A stretch of DNA of 63,107 nucleotides, counting the filler, from Gonapodya sp. JEL0774 (taxonomy: Eukaryota), in the NCBI GenBank assembly GCA_027604505.1. It is 7 parts of 7 records of this genome, joined end to end, with 100 filler letters (N's around TTAATTAATTAA, not from the genome) between each part and the next. Parts side by side here need not be neighbours in the genome. Positions count along the whole stretch, not along the records: positions 36,226 to 45,133 come from JADIIX010000431.1; positions 45,234 to 54,123 come from JADIIX010000432.1; 5 more parts are not named here. One strand, written 5' to 3'. The first letter of the stretch is position 1, and every line of letters begins with the position of its first letter. The notes under the pieces are model-generated. The model saw nothing but the letters and a program-made list of their open reading frames with translations, did not search any database and had not been told where the DNA came from. Made by a program: the position numbers and the translations under genes. Shown here one piece after another: positions 36,226-49,300 of the stretch.

Positions 36226-38882
36226 GAGGCAAGATGGATGAGGGACGAGCGACGGCGGCCACGTACCGGTCCCGTTGTTGGTCCACCCGAGCACCGAGTT
36301 GAAGACGGCCCAGCCGTAGGCAGATGTGTTTTCGGGGTTGCAGCAGTTGAGGCTGTGTTCCCGAGTGTGTGTGTATGTATGTGGGGGGGGACACGATGCG
36401 GACACATGGTGAGTCACTCGTTCCACCTTCCCCGCGCGCCTGCCCCCCCCAAAAAAAAAAAAACAACCACCCCCGCTACCCACTGCCACAAGTTCCCTCC
36501 CACTCTATAACTCCCCGGTCCGTCACCGAGTTCGGCCACGTCGGCGCCGACCAGCTTGTTGTAGTTGTACCGCTCGAAATCGCCCACGGCTTTGGACAAC
36601 AGACCCGCGCCGAGGAGGAGGAGGAGTGCCGTGGAGACAACGAGGAAGAGGGAGAGGTCTAGAGGTGGGAGGAAAGCGGGGGGAAGGGGGGAAGGGGGGA
36701 AGGGGGAAGAGGAAACGATGAGTCCAGGGGGAACCCGGTGCCTCCACCTTTCCGATCGGACCCGCCACGAGCTCCCCGTCCGCCCTTTCCCCCCCCCCTC
36801 CCCCCCCCCCCCCCTGTACTCACTCAACCTCGACGAACTCCTATAAATCGCGTACCCTATCGCGAGTCCCAGCACTGCGCCGACGATGGCGGCGATGGGG
36901 ATGGACGCGGCGGGTTGGCCCAGCGACACGCCGCCCACGAAGACCACGGCTTCGAGACCCTCGCGGAGGACCGTGACCAGGGGGAGGATGAAGAGGGTCA
37001 GGCGGGAGGTGAGGGAGCCTAAGCGGGGTGGGGGGGACGGGAGGGAGGGTGAGTGGGTAGGGCAGGGAAAGGCGATGGCCGCTACAATGATGGGTGCTGG
37101 CGGCTCGCGGCGGTGCGCGGTGTGCGGTGTGTCGCTCTCTTACCCACCTTTTTCGACCTCCTTGCCGTCAGACCCGTCGACCACCTTGGACGCGAAGGCC
37201 CGCTTGAGTTTTATCCGCCACTTGATCTTGGCGCGGTCCATGCGGAGCATGGTGAGGCCCATGAGCCCTGTGCGGCGGGGTGCGGTGGTGATGCGGTGTG
37301 GGAAAATGGAAAAGGGGTAAAGAGGAAAGGGAGGAGCGGAGGGAGGGTGAGAAAGGGCGGACACGTGGTGGTGGGTAAAAGAACCAAGCACCACACGACG
37401 GGACGGCGGACGCGGCACAACAAACAAGGGCCGTGGCAAAAGGTTTCCCAAATGGGATAAGTCGATCGGGTCCATCCCATCCCGCAACATAAACCTCGAG
37501 TGGGCCTCCAGAGTCCGGCGGGACTCCCTTCCCCCCTTGGTCCCTCGTCCCTTCCCCCTCCGTCCCTCGGGTCGGGAGAGCTCGCTCGCTCACTATGACC
37601 GTACCCACATATCAACGCGCTGGCCAGCACCGAGAAGATGCCCTCCCACAGTTCTTCGGAGGCGCCCCAGAGGTTGTTGACCTCGACGTAGAACACGGCG
37701 AGGAAGGCGGCGCCGCTGTTGAGGGGGAGGGGGGGAGGGAAGGGGGTGTCACACAAAGTCCGTGAAAAGTCCAAAAGAGTCCATATGGACCCCCGCACAC
37801 AAAGTCCATTAAAAGTCCAAAGAGTCCATCTGGACCCCCGCACACAAAGTACATGAAAAGTCCAAAGAGTCCAAACGGGTCAAATGGTCCATATGGACCG
37901 CATGGACTGCAAAATTCAATCGCCTTCGACGGACTAGTCCATGAAAAGTCCAATTGGGTCAACTGGTCCATATGGACCGCAAAATTCAATCGCCTCCGAC
38001 GGACTAGTCCATGAAAAGTCCAAAGAGTCGAAATGGGTCATCTGGTCCCGCCGGTCCATATAATCGCCTCCGGGCACACACGTCCATGGAAAGAGCAAAT
38101 GGGTCACATGGTCCAATTGGGTCAACTGGTCCATATGGACCGCCAGGATAAATCGCCTCCGGCGGACTCTGCCCGTCGCTGACGCTTGGGCGAGGGGCCT
38201 CGCTGGCGCACGGCCCTTGAATCCGCTCGGGCGAGGCCGGCCTCCGGTTCGCTTCGCTCACCTCCGGCCGGCTCGCTTTCGCTCGCGCTGGGTCTATACT
38301 CACATACAAAAGGCAATGAGCAAACCGGTCATGGCGCCGGCAAAGATCTGGAACTTGAGTTTCTTGAGGAGCTGGGTGTCTGAGAGCTGAGCGTTCAAGA
38401 GCGACGAGGTCGGGGAAGACTTTTCGACTGCAGTCTTTGTCGTTCCGTCGTCCTCCGAGTCTGCTGCTGCGGAAGTTGTTGCTGGGTCGGGTTGGGGGAG
38501 GTCGCCGCCGGTAGATGGGGCGGGGAGGTCGAGAGCAGGATCGGTATCGGGTTGAGGTAGTATAGGCTGGATTGCCTTTTGGTCAATGACTTTTGCAATG
38601 TCTGTTCCGACGAGCTGTTCAGCGAGTGCGAGGAGAATGGACATGATGATTGCTGCCTCGAGGGTTTCGCGGAAGACGACGAAGAAGACTGAGGATGGGG
38701 AGAGTGGTGATGGTGGGGTGATGGGGGGGGAGTGTGGGAGGAGGGAAAGGGGGAGGGATGGGGGTGAGAGACGGGGGGAGCGGATGGGGGGAGAGAGGAG
38801 GGATGGGATGGGATGAGGGATTGGACAGAAAGAAACAAGAGGGGAGAACAGACTCACTGGGAACAGAGAAGTAGTTTCCCAT
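36226..38882 (-). CDS. FTR1: High-affinity iron permease (3'-truncated)
   Basis: MGNYFSVP|VFFVVFRETLEAAII (RExxE), EELWEGIFS, TMLRMDRAKIKWRIKL, second REGLEA, GDGPGSY, LNCCNPE..GWAVFNSVLGWTN. Confidence 0.95.
37750..38290 (-). repeat. Intronic repeat block in FTR1 (GGTCCATATGGACC palindromes plus a copy of the 68-bp unit)
   Basis: Reverse-complement copy of CGCCCAAGCGTCAGCGACGGGCAGAGTCCGCCGGAGGCGAT near 38152-38192. Repeated aaagtcc(a) and ggtccatatggacc motifs. Confidence 0.8.
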
Positions 38883-39766
38883 TGTTGGAGGTGGGGGGGA
38901 GGGGGGAGTTGAGATGGAGTTGGAGTTGTGGAGTCTTTGTGGATTCTGGCAAGCAGCACAAAGAAGAATCCCCCGCTTAATAGAAAGCGCTGAATTAGAA
39001 AGTGGAAGCAACCGCAGCCCCAAAAAAAGAAGGAGTGGCAGGCCGATCTGGGGAGATCTGCCTCACTGACATGACCCGAGATGAGGAGCCTCCTTGCCAC
39101 TTCCCCCTCGACGGACCCCCGCACCAATCGCCCATCCCCCCACCGGGGCCTCAGCCTGCCTCCTCCCCCTGTTCCGGTCTTGGCACCACCGCCACAGAGT
39201 GGGGTTGAGGGTGCACCCTGCGGCCGCCAAGACCTGCGCCACCCGTCTCTCCCTGTCACCTCCAGTGGCGAAATTCCCGCGATCTGGCGCAGGAGAGGGG
39301 AAAGACCAACCACCGTGTCCACAGCTGCTCCCTAATCTATCTCCTGCCCTGTTTCCTTGGACTCTTGACCGATTGGACTTCTTATTTCCCTCCTCCACCT
39401 GCACACTCGCTTCAATCGATCCTTCCATCAATCCATCAACCCAACCCCCCCTCCTGCGTTTTCCCTCTGTTTCTTCTTGTTCCTCCCCCGCTTCCCTTCC
39501 ATCCTTCCACACTCCTCCTCTCCTCCCCTGCTTGTGTCTCTCATCTCCATCATGAACGTGAGTCCAACACTCCCCCCCCCTCTTTTTCTCTCCTCTCCCC
39601 TCTCCTGTTTCTCATCTCTCCCCTCTTCTGTTTTTCATCGCTCCCCCTCTTCTGTTTTTCATCTCTCCTGCCCCGGGGCGCGGGGGCCCCCCCCCCCCCG
39701 CCCCGCCCGGACCGCCCCCCCACCGCCCGGCCCACACCGGCACAGCGCAACAGAGAAAGAAACCCC

Positions 39767-42700
39767 ANNNNNNNNNNCCTCCGCCCCCCCCCCCCCTCCC
39801 CCAGTCCCTCTCTTCCCTCCTCTTCCACTCCGCTTCTCGCGTCCTCCTCTTCCTCTCTTCTTCCCCCTCCTCCCTCGTCCACGCCGCCAAAAAAGAGATC
39901 TGGTACAACATCCAATACACAAGGGCGAATCCTGACGGTCTTTTCGACAGGAGGGTCATCGGCCTCAATGGCACGTGGCCACCTCCCGTCATTGACATTA
40001 CTCAGAACGATACTTTGATTGTTCATGCGGTGAGTGAGCCCGAGCGTCTCGCCCAAGCGTCAGCGACGGGCAGAGTCCGCCGGAGGCGATTGAACTTTGT
40101 GGTCCATATGACCCAGTCGCNNNNNNNNNNNNNNNNNNNNNNNNNNNNNNNNNNNNNNNNNNNNNNNNNNNNNNNNNNNNNNNNNNNNNNNNNNNTTTGT
40201 GGTCCATATGACCCAGTCGCCCAAGCGTCAGCGACGGGCACAGTCCGCCGGAGGCGATTGAATTTTGTGGTCCATATGACCCAGTCGCCCAAGCGTCAGC
40301 GACGGGCACAGTCCGCCGGAGGCGATTGAATTTTGTGGTCCATATGACCCAGTCGCCCAAGCGTCCGAGACGGGCAGAGTGTGCCGGAGGCGATTGAACT
40401 TTGCGGTCCATATGGGCCTGTGAGGCCAATATGGACCAAGTTGACCCGTTTGCTTGTTCATGGACTAGTCTTGTTGGCTTGGTTGGTTGGTTGCTTCGTT
40501 TGGCTCACAAAGTGTAACACCACCCCACCACCCACCACCCACGCCCCTCCCCCCCCGCCCTACACAGACCAACCTCCTCGACCTGCCCTCTGGCGTCCAC
40601 CACCACGGCATGTTCTTCAACAGGTCCTCGTGGTACGACGGTGCCACCAGCGTCACGCAGTGGTGAGTCAGTGGGGGCCAGCGTGAGCGCCACGCCCAAG
40701 CGTCAGCGACGGGCAGAGTCCGCCGGAGGCGATCGAAATTTGCGGTCCATATCGGCCGGTAAGGCCCATATGGACCATATGGACTTTTCATGGACGTTGC
40801 CGGAGGCGATTGAACGTTGGGGTCCATATATGGGGCAGGACCCTATCGACCCTATGGACTTTTCTCACGGGTGTAATTTTTTATTCCTGCCTTTCTTTCG
40901 TTCTCCACTCTGACCCTCTCTCTCCCCTCTTTACCCACCCCAGCGGCATCCCCACCAACGCCACCTACACCTACCTGGTCGACCCCACCACGTCGGGGCA
41001 AACCGGCACCTACTGGTACCACGGACACACGCGTGGTCAATACGTGGACGGGTTCCGCGCTCCCTTGATCATCCACAGGAACGGGGAAAAGACCAGAAAG
41101 GGAGCGGAATACGACGACGAGTACGTGCTGGCGCTGTTTGATTGGTACCACGACGAACACAAGGTGCTGTTGGGGCAGTTCTTGAGCGAGTCCAATCCAG
41201 GTAGGTTCAAGGGGCCGGAGGGGGGGTGGGGGGTACGCTAGATTGGTGGATGACATGTGATTGGTGTTTTTTAAAAATGGGTAAACATTGACTTGGGTTC
41301 AACATATGCCAGTAAGCGTATGCGATAAAGAGTAACCAAANNNNNNNNNNNNNNNNNNNNNNNNNNNNNNNNNNNNNNNNNNNNNNNNNNNNNNNNNNNN
41401 NCCCCCTCCCCTTCTCCGACCCCCCTCAGGCGGCGCCGAACCCGTCCCCAAATCCGCCGTGGCTGTCGTCGCCCACAACGGCACTTACCTCGCCGGTTTC
41501 TCCGAGAACTCCACGATCCCGTTCGTGCCGGGAAAGACGTACAGGTTGAGGATCATCAACATGTCGGCGTTGGGTGAGTTTGGGTTGCCCTGCCCGTGGG
41601 GGTGGGGGGGGGGGGGGAGGCAAGATTGATGGCTCACCTGTGTGTTGTGTTTTTTCCCCCTGGGTTCTCCTTTTCTTGGGTTCCACCTCTGACTTTGGGC
41701 GTATCCGCTACCGTGGACCCACATCTTTCCGGTCTTGCGTGATCGGATTCAGCAATGTTCTCCGTGTGGATCGACGGACACAACATCACCGTGATCGAAG
41801 GTACGTGGGCACGTGGGCATGTGGGATACTTCCCTTCTTTGTATGCTCATCCCCCCATCACATTCTCTGTCCTTTCCTTCGGACTCCCCCGCCAACCCCA
41901 CCATTCCCCCCACACGTCTAGTCGACGGCACCGACGTGGAACCATACCCGATCGACATGGTCACCCTTTCGGTGGCTCAGCGGATCTCGGTGCTGGTCAC
42001 GGCCAAGAACGAGACCGACAGTAACTGGTTGGTGCATATGAATATGGTGCGTTGAGGGGGGAGAGGGGGGGGGGGGGATGGGGAAGGGGGAATGGAAGAT
42101 TTGACACCGATTTTGATTTTGTGGTGACAGAGTCCCGACATGTTCGATTTCGTCCCGGACGATTTGCAACTGAGTGAGTACAACCATGGTTGTACCACAC
42201 CTCTCTCGTAAAAAAAAACAACTCACACACCTCTGCCTCCCCACTTCCCCTCCCTAGACATCACCACCACCATCCTCTACAACACCTCCTTCCCCACCGC
42301 CGACGGCACCACGGTCGACGAGTACCTCGAGTTCCCCGACGCCGACCTTGTCCCCATCGACGTGGAAGGCGAGGCCACCGCGGACGTGTCCATCACTCTG
42401 GCGGCCACCTTTGACACGGCCGACGACGGGACCAACCGGGCCTTTTTCAACGACATCACCTACGTGACCCCCCTCACGCCGACGCTGTTGACGGCCAGTA
42501 CCATGGGCAACTTGTCAAGTGATGTGAGGGTGTATGGGCAGACGAACACCTATGTGTTGGAGCTGGGGCAGAATATTGAGCTGTGAGTTGGTGGTGGTGG
42601 GGGAAGGGGCTCGGGTTGGAGCGTAGGCTCACACACCTATCACACACCTCGAATCACTCCTCGCCTCCTCCACCCCCCGCAGCGTCGTCGTCAACCTCGA

Positions 42701-43634
42701 CGCGGGATACCATCCCTTCCACCTGCACGGTCACAAGTTCCAAATCGTGGGAACCAGCATGGACGTGACCTCGGACGACGTCACGGTGAACCCGCCCGTC
42801 AACGAGGGCATGGCCAACCCCATGAGAAGGGACACCATCATGGTGCCACCGGGCGGGTCAAGGACGATTAGGTTCAGGGCGGATAACCCGGGGGCGTGGT
42901 TGTGGGTTTCTGTTTTTTTTTTTGCGGGAAAGGAGGTGGCCGGTGTGGCGACATGTTACGTGGCGGCTCACTCAGCGTTCCAACTCCCCTTCCTTCCCCC
43001 CTTCGCACCGTCGGACCTTCAACCCCTCCAGGTTCCACTGCCACATCGAATGGCACCTCGAGTCGGGCCTGGCTGCCCAGTTCATCGAAGCGCCTTCGGC
43101 CATCCAGGCCCTGGCAGGCAACGCGCCGCCCGAAGTGGCACAGCACTGCCAGGCGCTCGGTGTGTCGGTCACGGGGAATGTAGGAGGGAAGATGTCGGTG
43201 ACGGTGGGTTTGGGGAGGGGGGGTGGCGGGGGGAGGGGTTTGTTGTTCTTGATCGGGGCTTTAATTTCTTTCTGCACCAACAGGACTTTGGCGCGTACTC
43301 GTTCGGTCCGTACGTGCAAGTGCTCGGGTTCCAAGCCAAGGGCATCGTGAGTACACATCTCCATTGCCACCTTCGTCACCACCTCCACAACCCCTCACTT
43401 TCCACCCACCACCCCGCCCACCCCCTCCCCAACCAGATCGCCCTCGTCTTCTCAGCCCTCTCCGCCATCCTCGGCATCGCCGCCGTCGCGTGGTACCCCC
43501 TTGGCGGCGGCCTGGACGACGAGGAGCTGGAACTGGAAGTGGCCGCGGCCATGGCCATCAAGGCCAAGAAGGGGTCCAAGTGGCAGAGGGCGAAGAACAT
43601 GTTCAGTAAAGGGCCCGAGCAGGAGAAGAAGTAG
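39767..43634 (+). CDS. FET3: Multicopper ferroxidase with C-terminal TM, divergent from FTR1
   Basis: NPDGLFDRRVIGLNGTWPPP, HHHGMF, YWYHGH, HPFHLHGH, NPMRRDT, FRADNPGAW, FHCHIEWHLESGL and a C-terminal TM. The start codon probably lies in the 10-N gap at 39768-39777. Confidence 0.95.
40045..40430 (+). repeat. 68-bp tandem minisatellite in FET3 intron 1 (another copy at about 40692-40830)
   Basis: ggtccatatg recurs at 40201, 40269, 40337 and 40405 (period 68) with near-identical intervening sequence. An internal N gap lies in the array. Confidence 0.92.
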
Positions 43635-44761
43635 AACGGGGGATGGGGATAGGGAGGGGTGGGTGGTTGGGAGGGGATGGGGGGAGCTTGGCCCGGACGG
43701 GGGGTGGGCGGACGGTGGGTNNNNNNNNNNGTCATCTCCCGCCCCCGCGCTGGCCCACCTCTTGACGGGGGTTGGGGCTCGGGGTGGGGTGGTTGGTGGG
43801 GTGGGTATGGGGGGATCTTGGCCCGGACGGGGGGTGTGCGGACGTTTTGTTTCAGTGATTTATGTAATGTAGATATCACGTGATCTGTAGCACCGAACAT
43901 TTAATTCTATTGTTGTTGCAGTTCATTGAGAGTGCGTCGCCTCTATTCTCCTCCGCAGAACCCGGTCCACTGGCTCCCCAACGTGCTAGAACCGAACGCG
44001 AAAAGAAACGAGATCAGACATCTCATTGAGTCGCGATCTCAAATTCGTGCGGTGATTGCCCTGTGCGATTCATTTTCGAAGATCACGCTGGGGCCCGGCC
44101 AATGAGAATGAGAAACGAGGGGTTTCTGGGCGTTGTGGTTGTGGACACGAGAGTGTGTCCCTGTGGAAACAACAATCCGTTGAGAGAAACTGGGCAGAGA
44201 GCCGGGTCGCAGTTGACAGCATCCAGGGATGAATGGAAGTTCGTGATAGAATCTATTGGCAGAATAAAACACGCACTCACTGCGTACAGGTCTTCTCGTG
44301 AAGCGATTGTTCGTAGTGGAGGATGCTGGAGGACAAGTCCAAAAACATGGGAGTGAGACTCTCACCATCGACTTAATCATTCAACAGGATTTACCTGTCT
44401 GTAAATGAGATTGGACAAAAGTGAATATCATGGGGAATAATAGTGCACTTGCTTTAGACCTCAGAGTTTGATTGGCGGACCACCACATTCCGGAACAAGC
44501 GACTTTGTTTAGCATGAAAAGGCGCGTGGAGAGGGAGCTCCCGCGCCTCGTGTATTTGTTTGTAAAACGAGTTACAAATGGCCGAGCTGGCCAGTAAAAT
44601 AGTTCGCTAAAGGTCTGGGCGAGCGAGGCCGCGATTGAGTGACTATGTTATTCAATGGTTGTGTTAAAATGTGGCAAGCGAGTGGGCAGCAGACCGCGTT
44701 TATGGAAAGTGCCGCGCAGAGTTCTGCGTACGTATACAGATGCATTTGTGATTGTTTGTGA

Positions 44762-45133
44762 TTATATTTCAGTGGTGCCTGTCCGTCGACCGGACAGTGC
44801 GTGGTATTGTAGTGCAGCCCAAAAGTGGGGGTGGTTGCGAAGATACCGCTGCCAAGAGTCATCAGTCCAGCGCCCACGTCTTTGAATGACGAGGGGAGGG
44901 ACGCCTTCGGCAAGCAGAAACATCGCCCCGCCCGAGCGAAAGCTGTGGCCTGTGAGGTCGATTTCAGGATAGAAGAGTCGGAGGCTCTCAAGGAACCACC
45001 GTCGTGTTGGTAGAGAGCCATCGGGCAAAGTCAGCGCGTATGTGGAAGATGGAGTGCAAATGCGTAAGTAATGCTGCCAAGCTTTTACAGGACAAGTGGC
45101 ATCAGTGGTTTGTAGAAGTGGGACTGTGAGGGG
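44762..45133 (-). mobile_element. DIRS/Ngaro-type tyrosine recombinase, C-terminal part
   Basis: TCPVKAWQHYL...LPTRRWF...LTGHSFRSGGA...IQRRGRWTDDSWQRYLR with intact HxxR, GRW and Tyr. Truncated at the linker. Confidence 0.85.
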
Positions 45134-46347
45134 NNNNNNNNNNNNNNNNNNNNNNNNNNNNNNNNNNNNNNNNNNNNTTAATTAATTAANNNNNNNNNNN
45201 NNNNNNNNNNNNNNNNNNNNNNNNNNNNNNNNNACAAATGTCCATGGATCAGGTAAGTTACAAAATTAATTTTCCGTCGTTTTTCTTTTGAATTCACGCA
45301 TCTTCCTTGTGAGCTACGTGCCCGTCATGCTGGGATGTCCCGCTACGCTCCCTGGGGTTTTCGCTTTGAGGCTACAATGCCAGATGGGACAATAAGGCGA
45401 TCACACAATTCTTCGAGGCTCCATGGACGTCTTGGTGATCTACGTCTGGTTCCAGATCGTGTGGAGCAGGAGCAGATGGATTGGTTGGTTTGTTTGGTGA
45501 TGCGAGCCATTAGCCGAACCTGGTTTGGTAAGTTTTGGTGGTGGATGAGGGGGAGAAATAATGAATTATTTAGAAAATATTTTTGGCAGGTTTTACTTGT
45601 TACGAAGATATCACCCCACGAGTCCTCCGCTGCTGGCTTGAAGTTCTCGGGCTTGGTACCACAACTCGCAACCCCACAGGTGAAACAATGCCAATGCTAT
45701 TTTATGGGAATCTGAAGAGACAGCTCCTGGCATATGTTACTTACTGTGAGAGGAATGATCGTGAGGAATTTCAGAGGCGGTTGGCCCATGTGATGACTTG
45801 GAACAACATGATCAATGACGGGGTTTTCAACGGAGAGAAAGATTAAAGTCTAGAATTTGTGGAAATCAGAATCAATAGCTAGAATAGTTTTGAAGTTTTG
45901 TGACCGTCTGTGAATATGAGATACAGTTTTGAAAGTAATTGTCGAACGTGCGAAATTGATCGCGCAGCAACTCATGATGGCAAGTAGTGAGTGGCCCGTC
46001 ACTCTCCCAAAGAGACTACACTACTTCTAGTAGCGAAACAAATTCTGTATGAGATATGTTGTTGTAATCATTCTGTTGCATTACAAAGAACCGAAACGAA
46101 ACGTAGCAACTGGAACTCTACATCACAAAGTTGGTTGTGATGGAGCCGCAACACTGCGGCGTTTTTTGCTACCCATGACGCAAACTGATAGTATGTGGTG
46201 CTCCAGGCGTTCTTTGGTGCTTTGGGGCCGTATTTTATACATCCATAGAGAGCTGCACGCACAAGTGAGAGACAAGCTCCGTGAAATAGAACCAGACGGA
46301 ATCAAATGTTCGCTCACTTGAAAATAAAACATTCAAATGTATTACTG

Positions 46348-49300
46348 TTAAACACTAGCAATACCTAACATAGCGCTACATGTTCGCTTCTCTGCCAACC
46401 TGTTTAAAGTGTCAAGATACCTCCGCTGGAAAACTTCAAACTCAACTTTCACGGCAGAACGTCCAACTGTCCACATTTCACGTAAAAGACTCACGGCATA
46501 CACGTTCCGGAGCCACCTCAAGTCCAAAGTCCCATCCCGGTTCAGCCTCTCACCGTACTTAAACCGGTCATCCCCCTGTCTTATCCCGTCCTCGCACACG
46601 TAGTTCACATGCACTGCTCCTTTCCTGTCACGACATCGCCGGCATGTTCTGGGTGTCTTGGAGGCTAAGGGAGCTGATGGAACCGGAGTTGCGGAACTTC
46701 TGACAAAGGGACCAGCAGATGCAAGCTCTCCCCATGGGAGCAGCCTACGGGGTAAAAGAATCGGGCGAGTTGTAGCGACCGTTGATTCAGGTTTGATGGT
46801 TGGGCCCTGTCATGTGGATGCCGGGAGGTCAATCAGTATTCACACAAACGTCCTGTACATGCTCAAAACCCGGCGCTTCACTCACTGTATTCAGTCGTTC
46901 ATTCATGCCACTGACTCCTGAGAGTGACAGGGGGGAGTGGAGAGCTGCCAACGGTGACGTTGTAGACAATGTTGGTGGGCCCATGCTCAAGATACTCGAC
47001 GGAAGGTTGACGGCTGCAAAAATATGAGCGTCAGTAGTAGCGAGAGAGGCGAAGCTAGACGCCGCGACTGTGTTTGGTGGACTTGGGGAGGTCAATGGTT
47101 GGGAAGGGAACGCCGGAGGGGAAGGTGTGACTAGTTACCAGTAAAGAGACAGAGTCAGCAATGTTAGCTCGCATGACATCAATGAAACTCACAGAAGTTG
47201 CTCTGGGATGGCTTGAATGGTTGTAAAACTTTCCAGTGAAGAAGGCAGATGAAGTTCGCAGTACAGCAGGATGAATTTTGACGGGTTGCACTCACAAACA
47301 TTGTCTCTATCATCGCCAATTTCGATTGGAACACTCTCCGCGTCCGGTGAGAGAGGATATACTGTCGGCTGCAGGTGGATGACTGGTTGCCGAGAAACCC
47401 GAGAGGAGATGGGGACAGAAATCACCGTCACAGAACGAGGAGAATCCTGCGACTGGTTTGCTGGTGTGGCATCATCCCCGAGTTCGAGCCGAGGGCGCTT
47501 GTAGCTTGGATGTGGAGAGCTCTCGCTTGGTTGTGACCGATTGAAACCAGGCACACTAGGAAATTGCGGTGGATTCGGATTCCTGCAAATAGGAGAGCTC
47601 GTTGATGCTGGCCATGGTCCGTCTCGGTGACTTCTGTGATGCGCTGTCCGTGCGGATGTTGGCTTTGGAGGACCTTGTGTTCGAGCTGATGCGAAGCTTG
47701 GTGACCCCCGGGTCCTTGAACTATGCTCTGGTGCGGGTTTCTCCAGCTCTGGGATTAGATGAAATGGCTGATGGGATGGAGTTGAGGGACGGTGAAATGC
47801 ATGCTGGGTGGGGTAAAAAATATCAGGTGATGGGAAGCGGTTTGTGTCTGGGAAAACTTTTCGACCGAGTTCCGAAAATGTTTCCATGAATGAGAACTCG
47901 CTGGCGCAAAGCCCTATCGATTTGAGAAAAGGCCCTCCACGATGTTTTAGGGCCTGAAGGAAAGTTAGCTGTTGTTACCAGAATGAAGAATTTGCATCAA
48001 TAATTCAACTTACCTGCTGAAATGTGTACCGATAAACAAAATGCTGTGTCAACGCCCAACCCAATGTTTCGCTCCGAGTTGCTGAAGAGGATCCTGTGCC
48101 AGCCTCCCTGTTAACTTGGAAGTGAACTCCTTCGCGCGTGCCTTGTACTGAGATCTCCTCCCCGCGGCAATTCCGGACAGTTGCCGGACCGTTGTAGCCC
48201 AAACATCCCTTGCGCACATGTGTTAGTTGTTCCAGAAAACAACTTTCCACCGCGGGGGTTATGAGAGGTGGGTTCTCGTAAGGTCTGTAGCGGTTCATGA
48301 GCCCTTCAAGGTTCGCGACCAATGTGTCTGGCGGAAAAAAGTAGCTCCGTTGGACCTTAAACACAAATATTAATCACAAACGCATACAAGTAACGCCGTA
48401 ATATACCCTCACCTTGCCATGATGTTCTTTGAAGGTCACTGTTTTTCGCAAGTCCCTCAAAAACAGGTCCCGTGCTACGTGAACTTTTGGCAACGCGTCT
48501 TCAAAACTGTTGGACGTGGCATTAAGTTAGAACGTTTATTAGAGGTTCAATGTACAAAAGGTGCAGCAGGGACACAACTCACCGAAAGAAAAAGTGACGA
48601 AGATCAAGCAACACAGCAACCTCTTTGGACATCTCTCGGTGAATCATTTGCCGGTCTTGACAGCACCGGTCTGTGAACCAATGCTTTACGTTGGATTGGA
48701 GGACCTGGCCTTGAGTATCTCGCAGGTCCTGGAACAATGGTGCGAGAGATGCCTGAGATAGGTCTGGAACAAAATTCTTTCACAGGAAGCGGTAAAGCCA
48801 GTGAGAACATCAGTGAGATTAGTGTCTTGAAATCTGAACTTACCCAGGCTACTATCTTGTCAAACTCCGTGACAAAAAACACCAATCCAGCGTGAACACG
48901 CTCCTTTGTTTTACCAGTCGGTCCATCTTCCGCAGTAGACGAGGGGGAAACGTAGCGGCGAATTGTTTTGGTGACTTTGTGGTGGTGGTCGTGTCGGCCA
49001 AATTGAACTAACAAATACATATTTAGTGGATCGAAACTCTTCATTGCGGGGAGTCCCACAGCCCACTTACATTCCAACATTGACCGCAACTTATTGTACT
49101 GAGGTAGCTCTTTGTTTAGAACGTAGTGATGGAATAACGTTCGCATGAATACGGCTGATGGTATGCGAGCATTGTACCTTCAGGGCGACACACTAGATCA
49201 ACCGGGGAGAACGGGATAAAATTTGTTATTTGTAAGACTCACCCTTTGGGATCACAAATGGACTCCATGAGAGTCGGCTGTGTATAAAGGAGCTTGGAAG

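Noticed and set aside
38883..39767. Iron-responsive GATA (SreA/Urbs1-type) sites in the FTR1-FET3 promoter
   Set aside because: I found no clear ATCWGATAA or paired GATAA motif by eye.
40045..40430. Regular repeat array resembling CRISPR
   Set aside because: Whole 68-bp units are near-identical with no unique spacers, the array lies in a eukaryotic intron, and there are no cas genes.
36400..43900. Many long Pro/Gly-rich ORFs in the ORF track
   Set aside because: Products of G/C homopolymer introns and antisense frames of FTR1 and FET3.
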